Positions 30,345 to 39,298 of a DNA stretch of 64,000 bases are shown one piece after another. Origin of the DNA: Sandaracinaceae bacterium (GTDB taxonomy: Bacteria; Myxococcota_A; Polyangia; Polyangiales; Sandaracinaceae). A program made the translations under genes and the position numbers. The stretch covers positions 73,052 through 137,051 of the forward strand of contig JBGAQA010000005.1 in assembly GCA_044220955.1 (NCBI GenBank), given 5' to 3'. The notes below the pieces were generated by a model. That model worked only from the letters and a program-made list of their open reading frames with translations. It was not told the DNA's origin and made no database searches. Numbering within the stretch: the first letter of the stretch is position 1; each line of letters opens with the position of its first letter.

Positions 30345-32486
30345 TCAGCTGCGCTCGACCGAGTACACGCCGTCGACGCCCTGGATCTTGCGCATCAGGT
30401 TCTGGAGCTTCGCCGCGTCGTCGACCTGGAAATGGAAGAGGTTGATGGCCGTCCCGTCCGCGCCGACGCGGCAGTTCGCCTCCTGGATGTTCACGCCGCT
30501 CTCCGTGAACGCAGCGGTCATGTTCGAGAGGAGCCCGGGCTTGTCGGTCGTGATGACGCGCAGCACCACCGGGCGCGCCACCTTCACGCGGTCGCTCCAG
30601 CTCACGTCGATGCGGCGCTCGGGGTCGAGCTCCATCGCCTTGCTGCACCCGCGCCGGTGCACGGTGATGCCGCGTCCGCGCGTGATCCAGCCGGTGATGG
30701 CGTCCCCCGGGAGCGGCGAGCAGCACTGCGCGAAGCGCACCACGAGGTCGTCGGTGTCGTCGATGCGGATGCCGCCGCTGGAGCTCCCGCCCGTGACGCG
30801 GCGCACCGTCTTCTCGAAGAGGCTCGGCGTGACCGCGCCCGCGGACGCCTCGTCGCGCACCGCGAACTCGTAGACCTCCTCCGCCTCGATCTTGCCGAAG
30901 CCGACCGCGCCGAAGAGCTCGTCGGCCGTCTGCATCTTCCAGTTCACCGCGGCCTTGTCGGCCTCGCCGGTCTTCATGAAGCGCGCGAAGCTCATGTCGC
31001 GCTTGTGGAACGCGCGCTCGACGAGGTCGCGCCCGAGCTTGGTCGAGCGTCGCCGCTCCTCGTTGCGCACGAACGCGCGGATCTTGCCGCGCGCGCGCGC
31101 CGTCGCCGTGAACTCGAGCCAGTCCTTGCTCGGGTGCTGCGTCGTCGAGGTGAGGATCTCGACCGTGTCGCCGCTCCGCATCTGATAGCGCAGCGGCACG
31201 ATCGCGCCGTTCACGCGGGCGCCCGAGCAGTGGTCGCCGACCTCGCTGTGGATCGTGTACGCGAAGTCGATCGGCGTCGCGCCGCGCGGGAAGACCTTGA
31301 GCTCGCCCTTCGGCGTGAAGATGAAGACCTCCTCGCTGAAGAGATCGACCTTCACCGAGTCGAGGAACTCCGCCGGGTCCGAGACCTCCTGGAACTCCAT
31401 CAGCTGCTTGAGCCAGCCGAAGCGCGCCGCGTCCTTGCTGTCGAGGCCGCCCGACTTCTCCTTGTACTTCCAGTGCGCCGCGATGCCGTGCTCGGCGGTC
31501 GAGTGCATCTCGTGCGTGCGGATCTGCACCTCGATGCGGCGCTGCCCCGGCCCGATGCACGTCGTGTGCAGCGACTGGTACATGTTCGGCTTCGGCAGCG
31601 CGATGTAGTCCTTGAAGCGCCCCGGGATCGGCGTCCACTGCGAGTGGATGACGCCGAGCGCCGCGTAGCAGTCGGCGACGTTCTCCATCAGCACGCGGAA
31701 CGCGAGCACGTCGTGGACCTGCTCGAACTCCACGTTGTTGTGCACCATCTTCCGGTAGATGGAGTAGAGGTGCTTGGCGCGCCCGCTGACGTCGACGGCG
31801 AAGCCGCGCTCGACCAGCATCTTGCTGATGCGCTTCACCACGTCGTTGATGTAGCGGTCGCGATCGCGCTGGACCTTCTTCGTCTTCTCGACGAGGTCCG
31901 CGTGCTGCTCCGGGTAGAGGTAGCTGAACGCGAGATCCTCGAGCTCGCTCTTGAGCCAGTTGATGCCGAGGCGACCGGCGAGGGGCGCGTAGATGTCGAG
32001 CGTCTCCTGCGAGATCCGCTGCTGCGCCTCCGGCTTCATGTGCTCCATGGTGCGCATGTTGTCGAGACGGTCGGCGAGCTTGACGACGAGCACGCGGATG
32101 TCGCGCGCCATCGCGATCAGCATCTTGCGGAAGCTCTCCGCCTGCTGGTCTTCCTTGCTCGTGAAGTTGATCTTGCCGAGCTTGGTGACGCCGTCGACGA
32201 GGAACGCGATCTCCTCGCCGAAGCGCTCCTGCATCTCGGCGTCGGTGACGCCGGTGTCCTCGACCACGTCGTGGAGCAGCGCCGCGCACACGCTCGCGAC
32301 GTCGAGCTTCATCTCCGCGATGATCCCGGCGACCGAGACCGGGTGGATGATGTAGGGGTCGCCCGACTTGCGGAGCTGGCCCTCGTGCTTGTCCGCCGCG
32401 AACACGTACGCGCGGTGGATGAGGTCGAGATCCGCCGTCGGCTGGTAGCCGCGCACCGCATCGACGATGTCGGTCAAGCGAACCAT
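30345..32486 (-). CDS. relA: Long RSH bifunctional (p)ppGpp synthetase/hydrolase (Rel)
   Basis: RKSGDPYIIHP, LLHDVVED, KLADRLDNMRT, RFKDYI, YQSLHT, EVQIRT, TGS domain (FTPKG...DFAY), CC-containing ZFD, C-terminal ACT domain. Confidence 0.95.
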   Translation of the reverse strand: MVRLTDIVDAVRGYQPTADLDLIHRAYVFAADKHEGQLRKSGDPYIIHPVSVAGIIAEMKLDVASVCAALLHDVVEDTGVTDAEMQERFGEEIAFLVDGVTKLGKINFTSKEDQQAESFRKMLIAMARDIRVLVVKLADRLDNMRTMEHMKPEAQQRISQETLDIYAPLAGRLGINWLKSELEDLAFSYLYPEQHADLVEKTKKVQRDRDRYINDVVKRISKMLVERGFAVDVSGRAKHLYSIYRKMVHNNVEFEQVHDVLAFRVLMENVADCYAALGVIHSQWTPIPGRFKDYIALPKPNMYQSLHTTCIGPGQRRIEVQIRTHEMHSTAEHGIAAHWKYKEKSGGLDSKDAARFGWLKQLMEFQEVSDPAEFLDSVKVDLFSEEVFIFTPKGELKVFPRGATPIDFAYTIHSEVGDHCSGARVNGAIVPLRYQMRSGDTVEILTSTTQHPSKDWLEFTATARARGKIRAFVRNEERRRSTKLGRDLVERAFHKRDMSFARFMKTGEADKAAVNWKMQTADELFGAVGFGKIEAEEVYEFAVRDEASAGAVTPSLFEKTVRRVTGGSSSGGIRIDDTDDLVVRFAQCCSPLPGDAITGWITRGRGITVHRRGCSKAMELDPERRIDVSWSDRVKVARPVVLRVITTDKPGLLSNMTAAFTESGVNIQEANCRVGADGTAINLFHFQVDDAAKLQNLMRKIQGVDGVYSVERS

Positions 32487-32628
32487 CGGTACAGCCCCGG
32501 ATGCGACACGACCCACGAACCAAACGTGCGGCTCGGGTGGCCCGAAGACCAGCCAGCCGAAAGGACAGAAAGCCTACCGCCTCCGTCTCCGGCCGGGCAA
32601 GGGAACGGCCAGTGTTACGCTGAACCCG

Positions 32629-32898
32629 ATGCGTCGTGGGCTGCTCATGGCTGCGATCGTGGTGACCGGCTGCGGTCCGGGCGCGAATCCGTGGGCACCG
32701 TGCGATGGGCCCCCACCTGCCGCCGCTGGACCGGCTTGTACCCGCCCGCTGAGCGATCCATGCACCGATCCCAACCCCCCGCTGGGCTACAGCTGCGCCT
32801 GGTGCACGCCGTCCGGCGAATGGGAGACGCGCATCTGGGACTGCTTTCCATCCGGTCCGGCGCCGTCGATCGACGCGGGACCCGACGTGGGCCGCTGA
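32629..32898 (+). CDS. Small Cys/Pro-rich lipoprotein
   Basis: MRRGLLMAAIVVTGC lipobox; TACGCT 7 nt upstream of the ATG. Confidence 0.55.
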   Translation: MRRGLLMAAIVVTGCGPGANPWAPCDGPPPAAAGPACTRPLSDPCTDPNPPLGYSCAWCTPSGEWETRIWDCFPSGPAPSIDAGPDVGR

Positions 32899-32938
32899 CG
32901 GGCTTGCGCGGCGCGCCGAACCTGGTCTACTTGGTCAC

Positions 32939-33244
32939 ATGCGCTCCGTGAAGATCGCCGAGGCCAAGGCGCAGCTCAGCAAGCACCTCCGCTACGTCCG
33001 CGCCGGAGGCCGCGTGCGCATCTACGACCGCGACACGCCGGTGGCGGATCTCGTTCCGATCGAGCCCGCGAACGCGCACGCCGACGACGAGCAGGCGCGC
33101 GTCGCGGACCTCGAGCGGCGCGGCATCCTCACGCGGCCGAAGAAGCCGGGGGGCGTCAAGCTGCCGCCACTGCGCTCGCTCCCGAAGGACCCGACCGGGA
33201 GCGTGCTCGACGCGCTCCTCGACGCGCGACGCACCGGGCGGTGA
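32939..33244 (+). CDS. Phd/YefM family antitoxin
   Basis: MRSVKIAEAKAQLSKHLRYVRAGGRVRIYDRDTPVADLVP; ends in LDALLDARR.GR. Confidence 0.88.
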   Translation: MRSVKIAEAKAQLSKHLRYVRAGGRVRIYDRDTPVADLVPIEPANAHADDEQARVADLERRGILTRPKKPGGVKLPPLRSLPKDPTGSVLDALLDARRTGR

Positions 33245-33672
33245 GGTTCTGGGACAGCTCGGCGATCGTGCCTCTGGTCGTCCGTGAGGTGAGCTCGGCG
33301 GCCTGCCGTCACGAGCAGCGCGTCCAGCCCGTCTTCGTCGTGTCGCGGCTCGCGGGCGCCGAGATCTGGCATGCGCTGACGAGGAAGCGGCGCGAAGGCA
33401 CGCTCTCCGCAGGTGACCTCCGAGTCTCCGAGCGCGCGCTCGTCACGCTCGCGTCACGCTGGCACGTCGTCGAGTGCACCGAGGATGTCGAGAACGAGGT
33501 CTTCGCCGTCCTCGAACGACATCCGCTCCGCGCCGCCGATGCGTGGCAGCTCGCGTCCGCGCGCGTCTTCGTGGATGGCATGACGCGGGGTCGCTTCTTC
33601 GTGACCCGCGACGAGCTCCTCGCGACGGCAGCCCGGGCCGACGGGTTCACGGTGATCGTCCCGCGAGCCTGA
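33241..33672 (+). CDS. vapC: VapC-family PIN-domain toxin
   Basis: FWDSSAIVPL, E..AL.R, LRAADAWQLASA, FVTRDELL..AA...GF; GTG overlaps the antitoxin stop. Confidence 0.88.
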   Translation: MRFWDSSAIVPLVVREVSSAACRHEQRVQPVFVVSRLAGAEIWHALTRKRREGTLSAGDLRVSERALVTLASRWHVVECTEDVENEVFAVLERHPLRAADAWQLASARVFVDGMTRGRFFVTRDELLATAARADGFTVIVPRA

Positions 33673-33720
33673 TCGCCGGCCCGGAGATCGCGTACTCTCC
33701 GCCGCTCGGAGGAGCCATCG

Positions 33721-34353
33721 ATGCCCGGAGAGGTCCACGTCGTCTCGCACCCGCTCGTGCAGCACAAGCTCTCGCTCATGCGGCGCAAGCACACCTCGAC
33801 CAGCCAGTTCCGACAGCTGCTCGAGGAGATCTCGATGCTGCTCACCTACGAGGTGACGCGCGACTTCCCGCTCTCCACCGAGCGCATCGAGACGCCGCTC
33901 ATGGAGATGGACGCGCCCATGATCGAGGGCAAGAAGCTCGTCGTCGTCTCCATCCTCCGCGCGGGCGACGGCATCCTGAACGGCGTGCTCAAGGTCGTCC
34001 CCTCGGCGCGCATCGGGCACATCGGCCTCTACCGCGACCCCAAGACGCTCCTCGCCGTCGAGTACTACTTCAAGGTCCCCCAGGACATCGAGAACCGCGA
34101 CGTGATCGTCGTCGACCCGATGCTCGCCACCGGCAACTCCGCCGTCGCCGCGATCGATCGCGTGAAGGAGAAGAAGCCCAAGTCGATCAAGCTCGTGTGC
34201 CTGCTCGCCGCGCCCGAGGGCATCGCGGTGCTGCACGGGGCGCACCCGGACGTGTCGATCTGGTGTGCGTCGGTCGACCAGAAGCTGAACGAGAAGGGCT
34301 ACATCCTGCCGGGCCTCGGCGACGCGGGCGATCGCCTCTTCGGGACCAAGTGA
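33721..34353 (+). CDS. upp: Uracil phosphoribosyltransferase
   Basis: [44 protein letters not shown]. Confidence 0.97.
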   Translation: MPGEVHVVSHPLVQHKLSLMRRKHTSTSQFRQLLEEISMLLTYEVTRDFPLSTERIETPLMEMDAPMIEGKKLVVVSILRAGDGILNGVLKVVPSARIGHIGLYRDPKTLLAVEYYFKVPQDIENRDVIVVDPMLATGNSAVAAIDRVKEKKPKSIKLVCLLAAPEGIAVLHGAHPDVSIWCASVDQKLNEKGYILPGLGDAGDRLFGTK

Positions 34354-34394
34354 GCGCGTGACCCCCACGCGGGGCTGAGCTACACCGAGCGGCC

Positions 34395-34802
34395 ATGTCG
34401 TCCACCGCACAGCCGTCCAGCGCGGGGAGCCGTCTCAAGATCCTCGTCGTCGACGACGAGCCGGAGGTCCGCGCGCTCGTCTCGCGCCTGCTCTCGCAGA
34501 GCTACGAGGTCACCCAGGCCGTCGACGGTGCCGATGCGCTCGACAGGCTCCTGAGTGGAGACCATCCCGACCTCATCGTCTGCGACGTGATGATGCCCCG
34601 GATGGACGGACTCACGTTCGCCAAGGAGCTCAAGCGCGACCCCAAGCTCGCGCGCATCCCGATCGTGATGCTCACCGCCAAGACACGCGCGAGCGACATG
34701 GTCGAGGGCATCAACGCGGGCGCGCGCTCCTACATCACGAAGCCGTTCAAGTCGGAGGAGCTCCTTGGCAAGGTCCGGAAAGCGCTCGGACAGGCGAAGT
34801 AG
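34395..34802 (+). CDS. Single-domain response regulator (receiver only)
   Basis: ILVVDDE, CDVMMPRMDG, MLTA, YITKPF. Confidence 0.9.
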   Translation: MSSTAQPSSAGSRLKILVVDDEPEVRALVSRLLSQSYEVTQAVDGADALDRLLSGDHPDLIVCDVMMPRMDGLTFAKELKRDPKLARIPIVMLTAKTRASDMVEGINAGARSYITKPFKSEELLGKVRKALGQAK

Positions 34803-36480
34803 CGAGGCGTCGGTCACGAGCGAAGCGGCTCCGGAACCTGCGAGGAAGCCCGCGGCGCCTGCGCCGCCGCCGAAGCCGCCGCTCGCCGTCCGGGCGCGAG
34901 CGCACGGCCTGCTGCTCGTCTCCAGCGTGCTCATGTTCCTCGGCTTCGCCGGCTTCGGCGTGTGGTGGATGGGCTTCTTCGCCCTCGTCCCCGCGCTCTT
35001 CGTCGTCGACCCGATGCAGGATCTCGGGGGCTTCGATCGCCCCGGCGGCCGCCGCTTCTTCTTCCGCGCATGGCTCTTCGGCACCGTCGCGTACGCGGGC
35101 GGCTTCTACTGGATCGCCTACACGCTCGCCGAGTTCAGCGGCTTCCCGCTGCCGATCGCGAGCGTGTTCGCCACGATCTTCTGGGGCTGGCAGGGCCTCC
35201 AGTTCGTGGCGATGCTCTGGCTCTTCCGCCGCGCGCGGCTGAACGGCTGGAGCGCGAGCGCAGCAGTCCCGGCCGCATACGTCGCGACCGAGGCCGTCTT
35301 CCCGATGCTCTTCGAGCACTACTACGGCAACGGCCTCTACCGGATGCCGATCCTCACGCAGATCGCCGACCTCGCGGGCCCGGAGATCTGCACCGGCCTG
35401 GTGTTCCTCGTGAACGGCGCGCTCTACGACGTCGTGTTCGCGCGCAGCAAGAAGCTCGCGCTGCCGCGCGTCGGTCCGGCCGTCGCGATCGCCGCGGTCC
35501 TCTTCACGCTCGGCTACGGCACCTGGCGGATCGGAGAGGTCGACGCATTCGACGCGGAGGCCGAGCGCCTGCGGCTCGCGCTCGTGCAGCCGAACCTGGG
35601 CCTCTTCGATCGCTGGGAGGATCCGCGCGTCGGCGACCGCATCCGCCAGATGACGGTCCGGCTCGAGGACGAGGATCCGAGCATCCAGCTCTTCGTCTGG
35701 CCGGAGAGCGCGGTCACGTACTGGCTCGACGACGTGACGAGCGTGCACCGCACCGTGCTGCGCGACGTGCACACGCCGGTGATCTTCGGTGGCATCCGCC
35801 ACGCCGAGGTGGGCGAGCGCATCGTCGATCGCAACACCGCGTTCCTCGCCGACGCGAGCGGCCGCTTCATCGGCACCTACGACAAGACGTACCTCCTCGC
35901 GTTCGGCGAGTACCTCCCCTTCGGCGAGGCGTTCCCGATGCTCTACGAGATCTCGCCGATGAGCGGCCGCTTCTCGCCGGGCGCGAGCGTCGATCCGCTC
36001 GAGCTGCCGCGGCCGGGCGGCCCGTCGCCCGAGTGGGGGGACGACCCGATCCGGATGAGCGCGCTCATCTGCTACGAGGACATCGTCTCGCGCTTCGTGC
36101 GGCACGCCGTCGACGTCGCGCACCCGGACTTCCTGGTGAACATCACCGTCGACACGTGGTTCGGCGACACGCAGGAGCCCTGGGTGCACCTCACGCTCGC
36201 GACGTTCCGCGCGATCGAGCACCGACGCTGGCTCGTGCGCTCGACGAACTCGGGCGTGAGCGCCTTCGTGGACCCGGCCGGCCGCGTCGTGTCGCACACC
36301 GGCGTGTTCGAGCAGGCCACGCTCGTCGAGGACGTGCGCCTCGGCCCGGTGGGCGGCGCGGAGAGCGCGACCCTCTACGAGCTGCTCGGCCCCTGGCTCG
36401 GCTGGCTGTGCCTCTTTCTCTCCGGCTTCTTCGCCGCGAGGCTCTCCCCGGATCGAAAGCGCGCGACGGTTGCAGGGTGA
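34765..36480 (+). CDS. lnt: Apolipoprotein N-acyltransferase
   Basis: N-terminal TM helices, VQPN, WPES (Glu), YDK.YL..FGEYLP (Lys), ICYED (Cys), WFG, RAIE, RSTNSGVS. The TTG start at 34765 follows GGAGGAG; start uncertain. Confidence 0.9.
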   Translation: MARSGKRSDRRSSEASVTSEAAPEPARKPAAPAPPPKPPLAVRARAHGLLLVSSVLMFLGFAGFGVWWMGFFALVPALFVVDPMQDLGGFDRPGGRRFFFRAWLFGTVAYAGGFYWIAYTLAEFSGFPLPIASVFATIFWGWQGLQFVAMLWLFRRARLNGWSASAAVPAAYVATEAVFPMLFEHYYGNGLYRMPILTQIADLAGPEICTGLVFLVNGALYDVVFARSKKLALPRVGPAVAIAAVLFTLGYGTWRIGEVDAFDAEAERLRLALVQPNLGLFDRWEDPRVGDRIRQMTVRLEDEDPSIQLFVWPESAVTYWLDDVTSVHRTVLRDVHTPVIFGGIRHAEVGERIVDRNTAFLADASGRFIGTYDKTYLLAFGEYLPFGEAFPMLYEISPMSGRFSPGASVDPLELPRPGGPSPEWGDDPIRMSALICYEDIVSRFVRHAVDVAHPDFLVNITVDTWFGDTQEPWVHLTLATFRAIEHRRWLVRSTNSGVSAFVDPAGRVVSHTGVFEQATLVEDVRLGPVGGAESATLYELLGPWLGWLCLFLSGFFAARLSPDRKRATVAG

Positions 36481-36497
36481 AGAAACGTGGGTATAGT
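36470..36497 (+). promoter_or_regulatory. Sigma70-like promoter of the tRNA gene
   Basis: TTGCAG-N16-TATAGT, ending 33 nt upstream of the tRNA. Confidence 0.5.
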
Positions 36498-36530
36498 CGC
36501 GATCCCTCTCGGAAACGGGGGGCTTGTTCC

Positions 36531-36603
36531 GGGCGTGTAGCTCAGCTGGGAGAGCGCTAGAATCGCACTCTAGAGGTCTGGGGTTCGATCCCCCACTCGT
36601 CCA
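36531..36603 (+). tRNA. tRNA-Ala(CGC); CCA not encoded
   Basis: Cloverleaf: GGGCGTG/CTCGTCC acceptor with G3:U70, GCTC/GAGC D stem, CTAGA-ATCGCAC-TCTAG anticodon arm, TGGGG-TTCGATC-CCCCA T arm, discriminator A73. Confidence 0.95.
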
Positions 36604-36606
36604 AAC

Positions 36607-36681
36607 GAGACCGGAGACGGTCCGAACGAAGGGTCGGCGGCGAGAGCCCCGGCCCTTCGGTCGTTTCGCAGGTTCGGTCTC
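36607..36681 (+). terminator. Long imperfect hairpin after the tRNA
   Basis: GAGACCG...CGAAGGGTCGG-loop-CCGGCCCTTCG...CGGTCTC. Confidence 0.5.
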
Positions 36682-36741
36682 TCCAGGCGCGCTCCGCCCG
36701 CCGAGTTGCAAACACGCCCGGTCTGAGGCTCGATCCCGTCC

Positions 36742-37296
36742 ATGTCGGCACGCACGGCCCTCCGCTGGACCCTCGGCGCGCTCGCAGCCACGCCGCTGCT
36801 CGAGTACGGGTGGCACGCGTGGATCGCGCACGGCCGCGGGTCGGGCGATCCCTCGCGCGCGGCGCACCTCGAGCACCACCGGACGGCGCACACCGTCGGC
36901 GACGCCTGGGGCGAGATCGGCGAGAACATGCCGCGCGTCGCGGGGACGGCGGCAGCGATCGGCGCGGTGCTGACGCCCTTGCTCGGCCCCTCGCGCGCCC
37001 TTCCCTTCGCGGCGGGTCTCGCCATCGGCTACGTGGGCATCACGCTCGCGCACGCGCGCATGCACGAGCGCGCGCCGAGGAACGCCGCCGAGGAGTGGAT
37101 GTGGCGCTTCCACTTCCACCACCACTACGCCGACCCGCGCGTGAACTTCGGGCTGACCTCGCCGGTCTTCGACTACGCGTTCGGCACTGCGGTCGACCCC
37201 GAAGAGGTGGTGCTGCCGGAGGCTGCCCTGCCCGCGTGGTGGACGGGCGTGCACCGTGGGTTCCGCGTGCGCGGCGCCCGCGCCGAGACGGCCTGA
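36742..37296 (+). CDS. Fatty acid hydroxylase/sterol desaturase family protein
   Basis: His boxes EYGWHAWIAH, HLEHH, HARMH, HFHHH; NFGLTS..FD..FGT. Confidence 0.88.
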   Translation: MSARTALRWTLGALAATPLLEYGWHAWIAHGRGSGDPSRAAHLEHHRTAHTVGDAWGEIGENMPRVAGTAAAIGAVLTPLLGPSRALPFAAGLAIGYVGITLAHARMHERAPRNAAEEWMWRFHFHHHYADPRVNFGLTSPVFDYAFGTAVDPEEVVLPEAALPAWWTGVHRGFRVRGARAETA

Positions 37297-37343
37297 CCTC
37301 GGCGCTTTGCGGGCTGCGCGCCGCCGCCGTATAGCCCGCGCCC

Positions 37344-38237
37344 ATGTCGTCGTTCCGCTTCGCCATCCTCGCCCTCTTCTCGATCGCCGGCTGCACCGAG
37401 GCGCCCCGACGCCTCCCCATCCCCGACGTCGGCCCTGCGGACGACGCGGGCAACGACGCCGCGGTCGTCGCGCGCGACATCGGGCCGTTGCGGGACACGA
37501 ACGGCCTCGCCGACGTGCTCATCTACGCCCACTCGTCGGGCACGCTGTTCTCCTTCTCGCCCGTCTCGACGACCGTCACGCCCATCGGTCGCTTCATCGA
37601 CGACGCGACGGGCGCGAACGCCGATCCGATGATCGATCTCGCGATCGACTCGGCGCAGAACGTGTTCACCTCGAGCGCGACCGATCTGTACAGCGTGGAC
37701 GTCGCGACGGCGCACGTGACCTCCGTGGGCGCGTTCGACGTCACCGCCGGTGAGCAGTTCTACGCGCTGACCTTCCTCGCCATGGGCGAGCTGCACCCGG
37801 ACCGCGAGGCGCTCGTCGGCGCGACCAACATGGGCGCGTACTACGAGATCGACCCGACGAACGCGCAGACCACCTTCCTCGGACAGTACCCCGACGGCTG
37901 GCTCTCGAGCGGCGACCTCGTGTCCGTCCTCGGCCTCGGCACCTTCGCGACCATCCGCCACGACACGGACACGCACGACACGCTCGCCCAGATCACGTTC
38001 GGGGCGAGCGGCACGAGCACGATCCGGGTCATCGGCCCGATCGTCGAGGGCTCGACCGAGTACAACCACGTGTTCGGGCTCGGCTACTGGGGCCGCACCG
38101 TCTACGGGTTCTCGAGCACCGGCCAGCTCATCGCCATCGACCGCACGACGGGCGCGGGCACGCTCGCGACGACGGACACCGGCACCGGTCAGTTCTGGGG
38201 CGCGGGCGTCACCACGCTCGCTCCCGTCGTCATCTGA
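37344..38237 (+). CDS. Lipoprotein with a probable beta-propeller
   Basis: Lipobox IAGC; IYAHS..LFSF.P, M.DLAID, SSGDLVSV, FGLGYWG..VYGF, FWGAGVTT.AP. Confidence 0.7.
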   Translation: MSSFRFAILALFSIAGCTEAPRRLPIPDVGPADDAGNDAAVVARDIGPLRDTNGLADVLIYAHSSGTLFSFSPVSTTVTPIGRFIDDATGANADPMIDLAIDSAQNVFTSSATDLYSVDVATAHVTSVGAFDVTAGEQFYALTFLAMGELHPDREALVGATNMGAYYEIDPTNAQTTFLGQYPDGWLSSGDLVSVLGLGTFATIRHDTDTHDTLAQITFGASGTSTIRVIGPIVEGSTEYNHVFGLGYWGRTVYGFSSTGQLIAIDRTTGAGTLATTDTGTGQFWGAGVTTLAPVVI

Positions 38238-39218
38238 TCAGCCGCAGCGGCCCGTCACGAAGTTGCACAGCCGCGGCGCCGTGCAGTCGGCGTCCGACTC
38301 GCAGCGCGCGACGCACGCGCTCGGCAGGCCAGCGCCCGTCGACACGCACTGGTAGCCCGGCCGACACGGCATCGTGGCGTCGCAAGTCGGCACGCACGAC
38401 CCGTATCCGCCGCCGAAGCCCCAGGGGACGCAGGTCGTGCCCGTCCCGCAGCCCGAGTGCGTGGCGATGTCGCAGAACGTCACGCACAGGCCGCTCGGCG
38501 TTCCCCACGTCGCCTCGTCGAGGCAGTAACCGAGCTCAGGACACTCGCTGCTGACGGCGCACTCGCCGCCCGTCGGCGCGCCCGGCGTGTAGCACGAGCG
38601 CGTGCCCGCCAGGCCGCTGCCGCAGCGCGTGCCCCCGGGGCAGTCGGAGTCGCTCGTGCACCCCGGGTAGCACACCGGCGCCTCGGCGATGCCGGGCTGA
38701 CAGAGATAGCCCCTCGGGCAGCTGGTCGACCCGGCCGGATCGCAGCGCGACATGCAGTAGCCCACCGCCGTCGCGCTCTCGCGGTAGCAGACGGCGTCGT
38801 CGGGGCAGGGATTGCCGGGGCCACACACCCACGTGCAATAGCCGAAGCCGTTGTTGATCGTGGAGCAGAAGAGGCCCGGGCAGTCCTCGTCGCTCGCGCA
38901 CGGCTGACCGACGTGCGAGCCCGCGACGCCGCTGTCGGGGCGCGTCGTCGTCCCGCCGGCATCGCTGCCACCGAGCACGCTGCCGTCTCGATCGACGAAC
39001 GCGCCGTCCGGCAAGACGAGCGCGCCGTCGGGCACGATCACCACGCCGCCGCCGCCATCCTCCCCGACGATGGAACCCCCGTCGTTGCCGAGCACCATGC
39101 CCGCGTCCGCGAGCATGATGCCGCCGGTGTCAGGCTGTTCCGTGTACGCCGTCCCGCACCCCGGCGCCGCCAACGAGAGCACGAGCGATCCCCAGACCCA
39201 CCCCGTCGTCCTGGTCAT
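38238..39218 (-). CDS. Cys-rich repeat lipoprotein
   Basis: Lipobox APGC, DGG linker, repeated G..C..D.DC....C......GYCT..C modules. Confidence 0.75.
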   Translation of the reverse strand: MTRTTGWVWGSLVLSLAAPGCGTAYTEQPDTGGIMLADAGMVLGNDGGSIVGEDGGGGVVIVPDGALVLPDGAFVDRDGSVLGGSDAGGTTTRPDSGVAGSHVGQPCASDEDCPGLFCSTINNGFGYCTWVCGPGNPCPDDAVCYRESATAVGYCMSRCDPAGSTSCPRGYLCQPGIAEAPVCYPGCTSDSDCPGGTRCGSGLAGTRSCYTPGAPTGGECAVSSECPELGYCLDEATWGTPSGLCVTFCDIATHSGCGTGTTCVPWGFGGGYGSCVPTCDATMPCRPGYQCVSTGAGLPSACVARCESDADCTAPRLCNFVTGRCG

Positions 39219-39298
39219 CCCCGCGAGTGTTGCACGCCGTGTGCCCGGCGTGGACCTCGGCGGGAAAGGCCTCCGGCCGGCCGTGCGCGGCGCGATCG

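Noticed and set aside
30117..32951. 944-aa plus-strand ORF opposite rel, and similar long ORFs (16582-19296, 39227-42034, 55286-58384, 60632-63898)
   Set aside because: These are antisense or off-frame shadows caused by stop-codon scarcity at high GC. They are Arg/Ala-rich, lack motifs and overlap well-supported genes.
36531..37300. tRNA as the integration site of an island
   Set aside because: No integrase, no duplicated tRNA 3' end seen and no compositional shift downstream.
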